From assembly GCF_009914755.1 (NCBI RefSeq), contig NC_060944.1: a stretch of 64,000 bases of DNA; one strand, 5' to 3'. The notes beneath the pieces are model-generated. The model ran no database searches, had not been told where the DNA came from, and saw nothing but the letters and a program-made list of their open reading frames with translations. A program made the position numbers and the translations under genes. The stretch is from the human T2T-CHM13v2.0 reference genome, Homo sapiens. Numbering within the stretch: position 1 is the stretch's first letter; each line of letters starts with the position of its first letter. Of the stretch, positions 32,100-45,905 are shown piece after piece.

Positions 32100-32856
32100 A
32101 AAGAAGATAACATCACTGATTATTAGAGAACTGCAAATCAAAACCACAATGAGATACTATCTCACACCAGTCAGAATGGCTATTATTAAAAAGTCAAAAG
32201 ATAAGACACTGGTGAGGTTGCGGAGAAAAAGTGCTTACACACTGCTGGTGGAAGTGTAAATTAGTTCAGCCATTGTGGAAAGCAGTGTGGTAATTCATCA
32301 AAGAGCTAAAAAGAGAACTACCATTTGACCTAGCAACCCCGTTACTGAGTATATACCCAAAGGAATACAAGTTGTTCTGTCATAAAGACACATGCATGCA
32401 TCTGTTCACTGCAGCACTATTCACAACAGCAAATACATGGAATCAACCTAAATGCCCATCAATGGTAGACTGGATAAAGAAAATATGGTACATATACACC
32501 ATGGAATACTATGCAGCCATAAAAAAGAGTAAGATCATGTCTTTAGCACGAGCATGGATGGAGATGGCCATTATCCTTAGCAAACTAACACAGGAACAAA
32601 AAATACCGCATGCTCTCACTTATAAGTGGGAGCCAAATGATGGAAACACATGGACACACAGAGAGGAACAAAAGACAGTGGAGCCTAACTGAGGGTGAAG
32701 GGTGGGAGGGGGGAAAAGGATCAGGAAAAATAACTAAAGGGCACTTAGCTTAATACCTGGGTGACTAAATAGTCTGTACAACAAACCCCTGTGACATGAG
32801 TTTACCTATATAACAAACCTGTACATGTGCCCCTAAAATTAAAAGTGTTTAAAAAA
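32100..32856 (+). mobile_element. Primate L1 3' end (old L1PA/L1PB)
   Basis: ORF-track peptides IRELQIKTTMRYYLTPVRMAIIKKSK and TWNQPKCPSMVDWIKKIWYIYTMEYYAAIKK, followed by a 3' UTR with G-rich tract. Confidence 0.9.
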
Positions 32857-33578
32857 TAGGTATTCGGAAAATAAAATACAGAAAATGTGAAGGAAGAAAT
32901 TATCCCAAAATTTTCTTTTAATTTCTCCAAATCTGAAGCATATAAATGTCCAGACTTAATGTGCAAAATGAGCACTCAACATAAAGAATTAAAAAAAAAA
33001 TGCCCCAAGATGCTTCATTGTGATCATCAAAACATGGGAATTAAGAGCTTCCTTCCAAAGAGAAAAAAATACACCACAATATTTGTGAGTCTTGCATAAT
33101 AATAGCAAGACTGGAAACCAGATGATAAGAGAACAATTTCCTCAAAAACCTAAGGGAAACTGATTTTCAGTCTCGTATGTACTGAATAAGGAATAAAACA
33201 AGGAAGAAAAACACATGAGATCCAGGAAACAGAGAACCTGATACTGGAGAGAGGCGAAGGAGATCACAAGGTGAAGCAAGGCACAGTCCAGGATGGCAGC
33301 CACACAGCAGACCTAGTAAGACTCGAGACTGGAAGGGGCCAGGTGGCCTGTCTCCAAGGGAAAAAAAGGGAACTGACAGATGACCTAATTTGTTTGCCTG
33401 ATATAAGGACTGTAAAATAAGTTCCATTGGAAAGACTGTAAGACATAATTAGTGACAGGGATCATGGGAATTTAAAACTCTCATATTTCAGCCCTACTGC
33501 TACACACACATTTCTCTTCCCTCTAGCCTCCCTATATTACAACTTTCAGCATTACATGAATATTCATTCTGAATATAA

Positions 33579-33739
33579 TTTTTTTTTAGACACAAGGTCT
33601 CGCTCTGTCACACAAACTGGAATACAGTGGTGCAATCATAGCCCACTGCAGCCTCAAACTCCTAAGCTCAAAGGATTCTCCTGCCTCAACCTCCCAAGTA
33701 GCTGAGAGTACAGGAGTGCACGACCACACCTGGCTAATT
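33579..33739 (-). mobile_element. Alu right monomer (FRAM/AluJ fragment)
   Basis: tttttagacacaaggtctcgctctgtcacac...cctggctaatt. Confidence 0.85.
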
Positions 33740-34929
33740 ATACCCTATTTAACTAAGTTGGTTTCCTTGGAGTTAATCCTCACTTTTTCATTTGATTATT
33801 TAAATTATATTCACAGATTTCAGTGATAAAAATAAAATTTTTATTTAAAAAATAGTGTTTTTAATATTTCTTTCTCATTTTATGCAAATATTTTTAAACA
33901 GACATATACACAAACATATACATATTTATAACTTCATTTTTCACTCTTTTAAAGTCATTAGATTCAATCATTATCAGAGATTAGTCTTCATAACAATTTC
34001 TAGTTACTTCATAACATTTCATTATAAGAATATATGATCATTTATTTACTCATATTCCTGTGTTGGGTATAAGATTTTTTTCAAAATTTTGTATATTCTT
34101 AATAATGCTCACTTGAGCACCCTTCTACATAAATCTTTGTCTATCTCCAGTGACAGGTTCCCAGAAGCAGAACAAGGCTTTTAAAGCTTTTTATCTGTAC
34201 TACTTAGTTGTCCTCTAAAATCTCTGCCAATTCACATTTATACTTACAATGTACTATGATTATTTAACCAAACACTTACCAGGAGTAATATGTTTTAAAT
34301 CTTTCAAAAGTTAAAAGGGAACAAATTTAACATGTACTCATTTTAATTTGAATTTGCCTGTCAGTTATGTTATATTATCTACTTAGGACTTTTGATCATT
34401 TTTATATTGGGCAATTACTTGTATTTGTGTTGTTTTTAATTTGGTAAATTTCTTCATAGATTAAGGATATTTATCCCTTTGTCATATTTGTGATAACTGT
34501 TTTTCAGTTTAACTCTATGTAGTCACACCTTTGTTTTTCCTTCCCTTGCATTTGTATCTAAAAAGTCCTTCCCTCAGCTCAAGGACTGTTAAATATTGAC
34601 CTATATTTTCTTCTCTCTCTCTCTCTCCATCTCTCTCTCTCATTGAAGGGTGGTATTAATGCTTTATTAGTAGTAATTATTTTAAGTAATCTCTAAAAGG
34701 GATCTTTTAGTAATACTTTTATAAAAGCATAAGGAAGCAGTGAGAAGACCTCAGGAATACAAAGGTGGTTTAAAATGAAATAACTTTCTACGTAGCTTTT
34801 AACTACAAATCTTTCAACATATAAGTATTCTTCCATAAATATCTGTACTACATGGGTCATAACAGAAGCAATATTATACTTTAGGTATATATGCTCATAT
34901 AGCTTAATTTTTTTTAAGTTTTTACTCAC

Positions 34930-35009
34930 TTGTGGTCATGATGTTAGGAGGGCAAGAGGGTATTCCATGATCTACTGCCCATCTGTAGGCTCCTTCTCCA
35001 ACTAAAAAG
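34930..35009 (-). CDS. TASP1: Taspase-1 coding exon (probable exon 7, 80 nt, phase 2/1): (C)FLVGEGAYRWAVDHGIPSCPPNIMTT(R)
   Basis: ctgttgttag|CTTTTTAGTTGGAGAAGG...ATGACCACAA|gtgagt. The peptide is visible at the end of ORF 34922..35188, and LVGEGA is a family motif. Confidence 0.97.
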
Positions 35010-36879
35010 CTAACAACAGAAAAATTATTTTTAAAATTCACAGTGTCATCTTCTCCTACATATTCAATAAATATAGGTAATATGGTAAGGCAGTTGAGAA
35101 AAAGTCTTGCATATGGACATAATTCCAGATTTACCTCAAAGTAGTAAGATGACTGCATGCTAAAAAATTCCTGAAAATTTTTCTCCAAATTAGAAATTTT
35201 ACAATTGGAATGTTACAATACCATTTGCAATAACTAACTAGTAAAAATTGGCAAACTCAAACATAATAAGATGTAAAAATGGTTGACTTCTCAGTAGAAA
35301 ACATTAAGATTTATCTTGGACCAACAGGGTTCTCAGTTAATGTCACAAGATTGGTTACTCAAATTAACAGTTTACAATTAAGTGAATGCCTTCAGATTTG
35401 GCATTATTACCTAGCAGAATACCTGGATCCATCCAAAATTAGTGGGTACATCTGGAGATGCCCAAATATATATGCTTACATTTCTAAGCCCTGATGCAAC
35501 GAAAATACATACATAACCTTCAGAATCACTTTTACTGTGGTAAGTACTATGGTATGTCCCAAAAGTAACTTTTAAGTCCTAAATAGCAAGTTTTAATATA
35601 ACAAAGTGGATAAAAGGATATTGCTAGCTAAATATAAAAGACTTGTTTTCAAAGATTTCAAATAGCATGTAGGATAATTACCCCATTCCCTAAGTAATTT
35701 GACTAAGCAAATAGTAATAGCAAGCAGTTACCATAATAATTAATCACTCCATCTTCTTCCATAGCCAACTTCTTAAAGATCTCAGCCAGCTAGTAATGGA
35801 TTCCTTGAACTTGTGCCTACTTGCTAGTTTTCCACTCCCTATTTTTTTGTTTCTGTTATTTTAATCATTCCAACATTAAAAACTCGAAGTAACACATATT
35901 GAAGTCTTAAGATTTGACTGCTAATAAGACCAGTGACAGACTGGCAAAACAAAATCTAAGTAGACCCTCAGAAACATATCCAAATGGTTCCAATGGGAAA
36001 CCAAATGGTTAATCTCAATAACTGCTTTCTAATATACATAAAGATGGGGATGGAGGGACTATTTTAAATAGAGAGGAGAGAAGGCCAATGAGAATAAACA
36101 ACTTTACCTCTTCAAAATTCTACTTTAAAAAAAAAATTCTAAAGGATTCTAAGAATAGAAAACAGTTTTTCCTATTCTTGTACGAAATGAAATCCTCTCC
36201 AAAGAAAAGCCGTCACATAAACTTCAAATGTTAAGATGACTGAAATAGGAGCTTGGACGCAAATTTGAACTGTCCTGATGGCATTTTTAGCATTTCCTTC
36301 TTCTAGGAAAAAAAAACTGATAAAAGAAATAATTCTGTTCATGAGAAGATGTAAAAGAGAAGTTGAAGTAGTAAACTACATGATCAAGACAAAAGTTTGG
36401 AGTTAATCTAATATTCTCAGCACTCCCATTGGTCACTTTGGGTTCAATTCCAGTATCTGGAATCAGTGAGGGGCATTTTACAAAATATTCTTAGCTTTAT
36501 TTTATATATTTTTTAATCATTCGAAGGTTTGATTCTAAGTAAAATCAATTTGCTATTGTCAACTATTTAAGTTTTTAAATACTTCGGGCACTGTAAAATA
36601 TTCATAGGAAGGCAAATAGTTGGATGTCATCTTATGGATAAGGATACTAACTATCTACCCTTTCCTCAACATAAAAAAGTATTGTATAGTAGGTCATCAT
36701 CACACAAAATATCATATAATTGCTTTTGAAATCATTTTAGCAGAAGCTTTTACTAAAAACTATACTGACATGTCAAAAAAATCACATTTCTAAACATTGA
36801 ATGCAGCACCGATTCAAATTTCTCTCAAGCATTCTTCTGATTCTCCGAGGAGGAAACTTTTAGAAAAGGTTCACGCCAA

Positions 36880-37655
36880 TCTACTTCAAAGTCCCATTGA
36901 CTCTACCTTTATAACATATCTGGAATCTGACCACTTCTCACCACCTCCACTGCTACCACCTTGGTCTGAGCCACCATCATCTGATACCTACAATGCTGCA
37001 GTGGCCCCACTATTTTTATGCTTGCCTTGCCCTGTATTCCCTGACCTCAGTCAATTCTCAATACACCAGCCACTAAAATCCTTGTAAAATACAAGTCAGG
37101 TAATGGCACTCCTCTTTCAAAATCCTGTAAAACCTCTTGTGAGGACCAGTGTAAAAACTAGGGTCTTTTTAAAAATCTACAAGCTCCCATGGAATCTGAT
37201 CCTTACCGCTCCCCAGTTCATCTCTTATTGCTCTTACCTCCTTGTGTACTCTACTCATTGTCGTGTAAAGCCACAAACATACCAAGGAGGCTCCAGCCTC
37301 AGGGTCTTCACCCTGAATGTTCCCTCTGTCTGGCTCTTTCCCTATTTCCCAAATGGGAAATTCCTTCACATGCTCAAATATCCCTCCTTCATGAGGCTTC
37401 CTTAAAAATGCATCCCACTACCCTGCACTCCTCTACCCAGTACTCACAATCTCCTTATCCTGCTCCTTTTACCTTCTTCCACCTTCTAACATATTACATA
37501 ATTGATAATTTACACATTGTATCTGTTAGTTTATTTCTGTATAAAGTCCTTAAAAGCTTCGAGCTTCATAAGGGTGGAGATCTTCGTTTCTTCATCAACA
37601 TATCTCAAGCATTTAGAACAGTGCCTAAAGCATACTAAACATTAAATAAAAATTG
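36880..37655 (+). mobile_element. L2 fragment
   Basis: ccacttctcaccacctccactgctaccaccttggtctgagccaccatcatct; atttagaacagtgcct. Confidence 0.8.
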
Positions 37656-37787
37656 TCAAGATATTAAACAAAATAATAGAGTGTCAAACTTCTCTAGATT
37701 AAAGGACAGCATTTTCCTTGTGTTATACCCATCTTCGTTTACATTAAAGCAGATCTAAATGGTTACAAAACAAAAAGCAACACTCTA

Positions 37788-38134
<347 letters not shown>

Positions 38135-38644
38135 TCAAGAACTGAGCTGCAAGTGCTGACAGAGAAAACACCCTGAAACGGACTATCTGGGCAAATACGG
38201 TGATAGGAATTACAATCTCATGGATGTACTCATGTGAATTACAATCTCGTGGATGTTCTCATGGATGCGAACCTCCCATTTTCAAAGAATCATGACTATA
38301 ATCAGTCTAAAATGTGTAATTTAGTGGTTCAGAAAGCGCTCAAGGATCTTCAGGAACCCCCGTAATCAAAATACATTGTTTTCAAAGAGAAAGATATGGG
38401 AGAACATAACTAATTCTCTGGACTCAAGAACTGATTTCCATTTTATCTATGACTTCTTTACTCTTCATAAATACAAAAAACTGAAGAAAGATAACTTCGG
38501 TTATTGATTATTTAAAGCTTATCAACACATAAAATGCAAATAAAGAAAAACTTGCTATATTTGGAAATAACACATAACAACCAAATTATAACTGTTCTCT
38601 TTTGGACTCTGTTTTAATTTTTTTATTATTGAAATGTTCTAACA

Positions 38645-38915
38645 TATACAACTGTGTTCCCCCAAAATTCATAGTTTGAAACCTCACCCCCAAGGTATTG
38701 GGATTGCATTAGGAGGTGGGGCCTTTTGGGAGGTGATTAGGTCATGAGGGTGAAGCCCTCTTGAATGGGATTAGCCCTCTTGAATGCCCCCTTTAATGGG
38801 ACACTGAATCCCCCAGCTCCTTGATCTTGAACTTCCCAGCCTTCAGGACTGTGAGAAACTTGTATTGTTTATAAGCTAACTAGTTTATGATATTAAGGTG
38901 TTTTGTTATAGTAGA
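38645..38915 (+). mobile_element. MaLR LTR (MLT1/MST-like), internally deleted
   Basis: ggaggtggggccttttgggaggtgattaggtcatgagggtgaagccctc; gaacttcccagccttcaggactgtgagaaa. Confidence 0.8.
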
Positions 38916-40718
38916 AACTCTCTAGAGTTCACTGTCTAAATGTAATATAGTTTTAAAAAATTCCCTGAGTACCCTAAATCAACATAACCAAATTTATCAT
39001 GTTTTTACTTTGAGCTTATTTACATGTGATCCAAATATTTCTAGTCATCTAATTTCTATTATAATCTAGAAAGTGAACTTCCAGGTATGTGAGAGATTTT
39101 TCACTTCTGGACAAGATGGAGTAACAGGGAACAAAGTTACCCTCTTATTTGAAGTGGTGAAAAAAACAAAAGACAAAATATAGAAAATAACAGTTTTCAG
39201 ACGTTAAGACATTAGGCATAGGACAGTAATCCTTGAGAGAAAGGAAAACAAGGTAAACCTTGTGACTGCCTTACTGCAATCATAGAGTTCACCTTCATTA
39301 CTGCCTAGAGAGTTTCTAAACCACAGCACAGCAGCTCCAGCAATATCTCTGAGTTGAAGTGACATAGTCGGGCATCCAGAGAGGCCATGTAGCCAGAGTT
39401 CACAATACCAGAGAGGAGAAAGCTGCATATAGAGAGTACGCTAGAGATCTGCAGAGAGTATCCCTCTAAGCTTCAGCTAAGTAGAGATCAGTGAATGTGT
39501 AAGAAGAAATTACCCAAAGCACTGGAACAAATGAAATGAAAGTTTAAAAAAAAAAAAAGAAACAAAGTCCCCAAGTTCAGACAGCCAGGAACAACAGCTC
39601 CTGCTCCCACCAGCCAAAGTAAAGGCCTCATTCTAGGTGCATCTGTTATAATACTTTGAAAGATTCTACCTCAATAGCAAGGCAAAATTAGCTCAAGGCC
39701 AAATGCTTTTCGTCTCATGTAAGTTTAAAGCGAGACCTGAAAGGGTCAAGCTGTTTTTAAGTAACTTAGCCACATCCTAGAATAAAATGTAAGAATAGTT
39801 TTTAAAATACAAAAATACACAGCACCCAAAAAGGTAAAACTCACAATGTCTGAAACCCAATAAAAATTACCAAGTATGCAAAATAGGAAGAAAGGTAACC
39901 TATTATGAGGTGAAAAATCATTCAATCGAAAACAATCCATAAATAACAAAGATAACAGAATTAGCAAACAAAGATATTTAAATAGTTGTTATAACACTAT
40001 TCATATGTTCAGGAAGCTAGAGGAAAGTTTAACCATGTTAAGTAGATACATGGAAGACATTTTTTTAAAGATGCAAATCAAACTTGTAGAGATAAAAATA
40101 ACAATACATAAAGAAATAAAACACAAGCTGAATGGGATTAGCAGGTAATTAGACATTAAGTGATTAGACAGAAAAATAATTAGTAAACTTGAAGATAGCA
40201 ATAGAAACTATTCAAAATGAAACAAAGAGAGAAAAAACAATGAAAAAAGTAAACAAATCATGAGTGATCTGTAAACTACTACAAGAGGCTGAAATTACAT
40301 GTAATCAGAATTCTGAATAGAAGAGACAGGGATTCAGAAAAAAATATCTGAAAAGATAATGAGGAATTTTTTTCCCAAAGTTGATGAAATATATATCCCC
40401 ACACATCCAAAAAGCAAAAGGAACCCAAACCAAAGTTATTACAAGAAAACTATAAACCAGTATCACTCATAAACATATATGTAAAAATTCTTTACCAAAT
40501 ATTAGCAAACTGAAGCCAACAATATATAAAAAGGATAATATATTATGACCAAGTAGAATTTATCCCAGGAATGCAAGTGCTGCTTTGTCAGTCAAAAATC
40601 AAAGAATCACTAAATTAGCTAACTAAATTTTTTAAATTATAAGATCATCTCAATAGATGCAGCAAAGCATTTGACAAAGTACAATACCTATTCCTACTAA
40701 AGTTCTCAGCACACTAAG

Positions 40719-41080
40719 TGATATGGTTTGGCTGTGTCCCCACCCAAATCTTATATTGAATTGTAGCTCCCATAATACCCATGTGTCATGGGAGGGACCC
40801 AGTGGGATATAACTGAATCATGGGAGCAGGTTTTTCCCGTGCTGTTCTTGTGAGTAAATCTCATGAGCTTTGACAGTTTTATAAAGGGTAGTTCCTCTGC
40901 ACACGTTGTCTTGCCTGCCATCATGTAATGTAAGAGGGACTTTTGCTCCTCCTTCACCTTTTGCCATGATTGTGAGGCTTCGCCAGCCATGTCGAACTGT
41001 GAGTCCATTAAACCTCTTTTTTTAATAAATTACCCAGTCCTGGGTATTAGTTCATAGCAGTATAAAAATGAGGTAATACA
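40719..41080 (+). mobile_element. THE1-family solo LTR (MaLR)
   Basis: tgatatggtttggctgtgtccccacccaaatc ... taataca, with TG..CA ends, about 360 bp. Confidence 0.92.
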
Positions 41081-41356
41081 TTAGGAAAAGAAAGGAACTT
41101 TCTCAATATGATCAAGAGCATCTGTGATTAACCTACAGCAATCATCTTACTTAATGGTGAAAGACCAAATGCTTCTTCCTTAATATCACAAAGAAGGGAA
41201 TGATGTCCACTCTCACACTTCTCTACCATATACCGCATTGGAGGTTCCAGACAATGCAATAAAGCATGAAAAAAATTAGTTAAAAGAATCCAGGTTAGAA
41301 ATAGAAATAAAACTATATTCATTCCCAGGAGACATAATATTTATGTAAAAAATCTT

Positions 41357-41627
41357 AGCTGGGCACGGTGGCTCACATCTGTAATCCCAGCACTGTGGGA
41401 GGCTGAGGTGGGCGGATCACCTGTGGTCAGGTGTTCGAGATCAGCCTGGCCAACCCCTCCTCTACTAAAAATACAAAAATTAGCAGGGCATGGTGGTGCA
41501 TGCCTGTAATCCTAGCTACTCAGGAGGCTGAGGCAGGAGAATCGCTTGAACCTAGGAAGCAGAGACTGCAGCGAGCCGAGATCATGCCATTGCACTCCAG
41601 CCTGGGCAACAGAGCAAGATTCCGAGA
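41357..41627 (+). mobile_element. AluS with tail converted to purine microsatellite
   Basis: Alu body with a small internal deletion. Confidence 0.93.
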
Positions 41628-41762
41628 CAGAAGGGGGAGGGGAGGGGAGGGGAGGGGAGCGGAGGGAAGGGAAGAGAAGAGAAGAGAAAGGAAGGGAAGA
41701 GAAGAGAAAGGAAGGGAAGGAGAGAGAGAGAGAGAGAAAGAAAGAAAAGAGAAAGAAAGAAA

Positions 41763-41794
<32 letters not shown>

Positions 41795-41813
41795 AAGAAA
41801 GAAAGAAAGAAAG
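41628..41813 (+). repeat. Polypurine compound microsatellite (GGGGA)n/(GA)n/(GAAA)n
   Basis: About 185 nt of almost pure A/G. Source of the spurious ORFs 41431..41874 and 41546..41893. Confidence 0.95.
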
Positions 41814-42859
41814 TCAGTCTTATGGAATCTATAAAAATGGGACTAAAACAAATGGATTTACCAAATTCCCATGATAGAATGTCAATATGTTAAAATCAAT
41901 CACATTTCTATATACTGACAATGAACAGTTGGAAATTAACATGCTTAATTTCCATTTACCACAGCATCAAAAAAAAGTGAAGTACCAGGTATAAATATAA
42001 TAAAAGCTGTGCAAGATCTATACACTGGAAACTATAAAACAGTTGGGAGAGTTTAAAAATCTTAATAAATGCATATATTAGAATCACAATCAAAATTCTG
42101 GCAGGCTATTTACAGAAATGGAAAAACAAATTCTAAAATTCATATGAAAATGTTAAATACCTATAATATCAGAACAATCAAACATAAAGTTGAAAACTAT
42201 GTTTGTGAGAAAACCAGCTAGTTCCAGACAAGTGTAGCATTATTATATAATTTTAATAAAGACGCAGCCATCACTTTCTCCCATATGTTTTCTCTTTGTA
42301 AAATATTAAAATATTGCATATGTCCCCTTTGACAATTGCCTCATCTTACTCCCTCTTCCCCTGAGGTAATCACAGTGGCTTTAGTAACCTACTTTACAAG
42401 TCATTTTTGTACATCTATGCACATATTTATGTAGCCAAAGAAAATTAGAGTATTGTATATGCTGTAATAATATGAAAGAATACGTGGCAATGAGAAAATC
42501 AGGGTTATTGTTACCTAGGGGTAGGGCAGAGATGGGGGTCACGGTGAGCATGGGGGACAGTAGAAGGAACAAGGAGTACATGTTAAATCTCTTCTAACTT
42601 TGGAAAGATTTTTTAAATGTTATATTACTCCTGGTAAGTGTTTCGTTGAATGATCATAAGACGTTGTAGGTAGAAATGTAAATTGGCAGAGTTTAGTCTA
42701 GGCAGCTCCAAATCTTTTGGTGGTGTTTTATTTCCTATCCTAGATGGCAGAAAACAGGTATGCATCACATTGTTTTGTAATCTTTTTAAGAAAACAGAAG
42801 TTAAAATGAACACATCATCAGCAACTTGATTTTTTTACCCTACAATGTGAGGTCTATTT

Positions 42860-43238
42860 CTGTGCACTGAATTGTGTCCACCCAAAAATTCATTTGTTGA
42901 AACCTTAGCCCTCAGTGTGATAATATTTGGAGATGGGGCCTTTGGGAAATAATGAGAGTTGGATAAAATGAGGGTAGGGCCCTCATGATGTTATTAGTGT
43001 CTTTATAAGAAAGAAATTTTTCTCTCTCTCAACAACCCCTTCCCTACACCCCTATCTCTAGCGTAAGGACACAGTGAGAAGGCAAGCCAGAAAAGGAACG
43101 CTCACCAGAAACCAAACAGGCGGGAACCTAGATCTTGGACCGCTTAACTTCCAGAACTGTGAGAAATACTTTTCTACTGTTTGAGCCACTGAATCTAAGG
43201 TATTTTGTTAAGGCAGCCCAAGTAAATTAATTCTAACA
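42860..43238 (+). mobile_element. MLT1-family LTR
   Basis: ctgaattgtgtccacccaaaaattcatttgttgaaacctta...tttggagatggggcctttggg...ttccagaactgtgagaaata. Confidence 0.85.
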
Positions 43239-43239
43239 C

Positions 43240-44450
43240 TAAGCCATGTTACTATACACAAATGTTTCTCTCCTTTTTTCTAATGCCACAGGGTATCTAA
43301 TAATATAACTAGAAAACAGTTTATTTAGCCATTGATGGATATTTAGGTAGCTTACATTTTTATATTCTACAAGCAACAATGCTATAGCCTTCATGTGCTG
43401 TACAAGCCTTCTCATGAAGGCATTTTGTCTCAGGATAGAAATGCTGGAGCATACAGTGTCCCTTTTCAATTTGTACTTAATAAATAATACCAAAATGTCT
43501 CTCAACTGGCTGTTTATGTTCCCATCAACAGCAGAAGAATCTATTTTTCTGCACCCTGAATAATACTGCACATTGTTGGTTTTTGTTAATTTTGCTACTT
43601 GAAAATAGTGAAAATATCATCTTTTTTTTTTTTACTAACAATTCCTTGATTAATATTATTGGGCACCTTTTAATGTATTTATATCTCATTAATATTTTCT
43701 TTCCCATAAATTGCCTATTTGTATCCTTTACTGATTTTTAAAATTTGGGTTGTCTTTTTCTTATTGATATTTTATAGTTCATAAATACTCTGGATAATCT
43801 TTTGTTTGCTACATATCCTGCAAATAATTTTTCTCAGTTCCAAAGGACATACTGTCTTTTAATTCTGATCGTAGTATCTTCACTTGTATAATAGGTATAC
43901 ATCTTCACTTGTCATATGTTTCAATACTTAGCTTTATTTTTTATCTTAATATATTTTTTGCTGCCTCATAGTCATAAGAATACTCTCCCATATTTTTTCC
44001 TAATATTTTTATACTACACTTTTTTACTTTTGGGTTTGGGCTTTTTCTTAGTGATGTGACATCGGAATTTAATGTTCTTGCACTAGGTAGTCAATTGCCC
44101 CAACACAATTTATTTAATACATCATTCTTTTTCCCCACAGTGATTTGAGATGACACTGTTATCATAGACCAAATTCCCTCATGCACTGAGTCAGCTTCTA
44201 GACTTGCAGTTCTTACTGATCTTTTTATCCATATCTACATCAACCTGTGTTAATTACTATAGTATTATATAACAGTATCATGCTATCCATTAAGTACATC
44301 CAACTCTTTCATCTGTTTTACAACTGTCTTGACTATTCTTGTACACTTGTTCCTCCATATAAATTTGAGAATCTGCTTGGTAAACGCCATGAGGAGTGGG
44401 GTCAATGGGATTATGGTAGATTCGTAGGTGAACTTCAAAATACTTTTTAC
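43240..44450 (-). mobile_element. Old L1ME-like fragment, sense to TASP1
   Basis: T-rich. The minus-strand ORF remnant QILKFIWRNKCTRIVKTV is L1 ORF2-like. Confidence 0.7.
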
Positions 44451-44787
44451 ATGGTTTATGCTATTTTTCTTGCCAACCAAACAACTACATCTTTTTCTCC
44501 CTACTGGGTACATATCTTCTAAATTGTTTAGTTCATGTTAATTAGGTTTTACACACAATAGGAAATATTGGGTGAAAGAACACAGTCATGTTTAAATGCA
44601 CATTACAGAGAATATAAATCCAGAGACAATCTCTTTGCACTTATTACTCCCTTAAAAAGGTATGGCTAGAAGGACTCCGCATGCACCTACTGAACAAACA
44701 CTTAGTAAATTATGGATTGGTAATCTCATACCAGTTAAACAAAATAGCATGGGTTTAATATAAATCATTAGAGAAGCAAGTGTAAGA

Positions 44788-45065
44788 TTTTTTTTTTTTT
44801 TTGAGACGGAGTCTCGCTCTGTTGGCCAGGCTAGAGTGAAGTGGCGCGATCTCAGCTCACTGCAAGCTCCGCCTCCTGGGTTCACACCATTCTCCTGCCT
44901 CAACCTCTAGCTGGGACTACAGGTGCCCGCCACCATACCCGGCTAATTTTTTGTACTTTTAGTAGAGACGGGGTTTCACCGTGGTCTCGATCTCCTGATC
45001 TCGTGATCTGCCCGCCTCAGCCTCCCAAAGTGCTGGGGTTACAAGGGTGAGCCACCGCGCCCGGC
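44788..45065 (-). mobile_element. AluY with the 12-bp left-arm deletion (Yd-type lineage)
   Basis: AluY diagnostics (ctgcaagctccgcctcc, tctcgatctcc). Reads GAGACCA^CGGTGAAACC, lacking TCCTGGCTAACA. Confidence 0.85.
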
Positions 45066-45579
45066 TTTTCTCACTTTCAGAGTTATCAGGAAACTTACTG
45101 AAATCCATCCAACACATATTAGAAAGGATCTCAATAAATCAGATTTGCTTTCCCTTACCACTGCTTTATCAAAAACACATAATATTAAAAATTGATATTT
45201 GAGATTTTTTTCATAATTGACTCTCTAGTGCCATAATTAAACTGGGACATATATAATTAAAATCTGAAATCTATCTGGGTAAAGGATTTAAGATTTTTCT
45301 AAACTATATTAATTTATTTTCTGTGACTTCAAAACACAGTAGAATCAAAGTGATTCCTACAGCACTGTCACCACAACTTTGAACACAGAACATTAATGTA
45401 ACCTCCACAACCAGGCATGCTGAGCATAGACTAAGTGTGACAAGGTATTAAAGCATAAAGTTTTAATATTGTTAGGCATGCTAACAGTACGGTGGCTATG
45501 TTGTGCAAACACAGAATTACTTACAAAACTATTTAAGGGTAAACTACAATGTCAGGGATTTGCTTTAAAATACTATAGG

Positions 45580-45905
45580 GGCCAGGCACAGCGGCTCATG
45601 CCTGTTAATCCCAGCTCTCTGGGAGGCCAAGGCAGGAGGATTGCTTGAGTCCAGGAGTTTGAGATGAGCCTGGGCAGCATAACAAGACCCCATCTCTACA
45701 AAAAATAAAAATAATGTCCAGGAACGGTGGCACATGCATGTAGTCCCAGCTACTCAGGAGGCTGAGGCAGGAGGATCTCTTGAGCCCAGGAGGTCAAGGC
45801 TGCAGTGAGCCATGACTGTGCCACTGCACTCCAGCCTGGGTGACAGAGTGAGACCCTGTCTCAAAAATAAAATAAAACAAAATAAAAATAAACAAAAACA
45901 AAAAA
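45580..45905 (+). mobile_element. AluJ, full length
   Basis: ggaggattgcttgagtccaggag and aggtcaaggctgcagtgagccatga. TSD aaaatactatagg / aaaaccctatagg. Confidence 0.93.

Larger units (their letters stand above)
39100..42190 (+). mobile_element. Old L1M fragments (5' region, ORF1, ORF2) hosting a THE1 LTR and an Alu
   Basis: acttctggacaagatggagtaacaggga 5' start and degenerate ORF2 motifs (gatcatctcaatagatgcagcaaagcatttgacaaa). Confidence 0.75.

Noticed and set aside
34922-35188. 88-aa ORF as a stand-alone gene
   Set aside because: Only the last 80 nt or so are the TASP1 exon; the rest is intron that happens to be open.
36797-37638. Cluster of 96-149-aa ORFs
   Set aside because: Lies within an L2 fossil, with no recognisable domain or splice structure.
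41431-41893. 147-aa and 115-aa charged ORFs
   Set aside because: Alu plus purine microsatellite, which lacks stops by composition.
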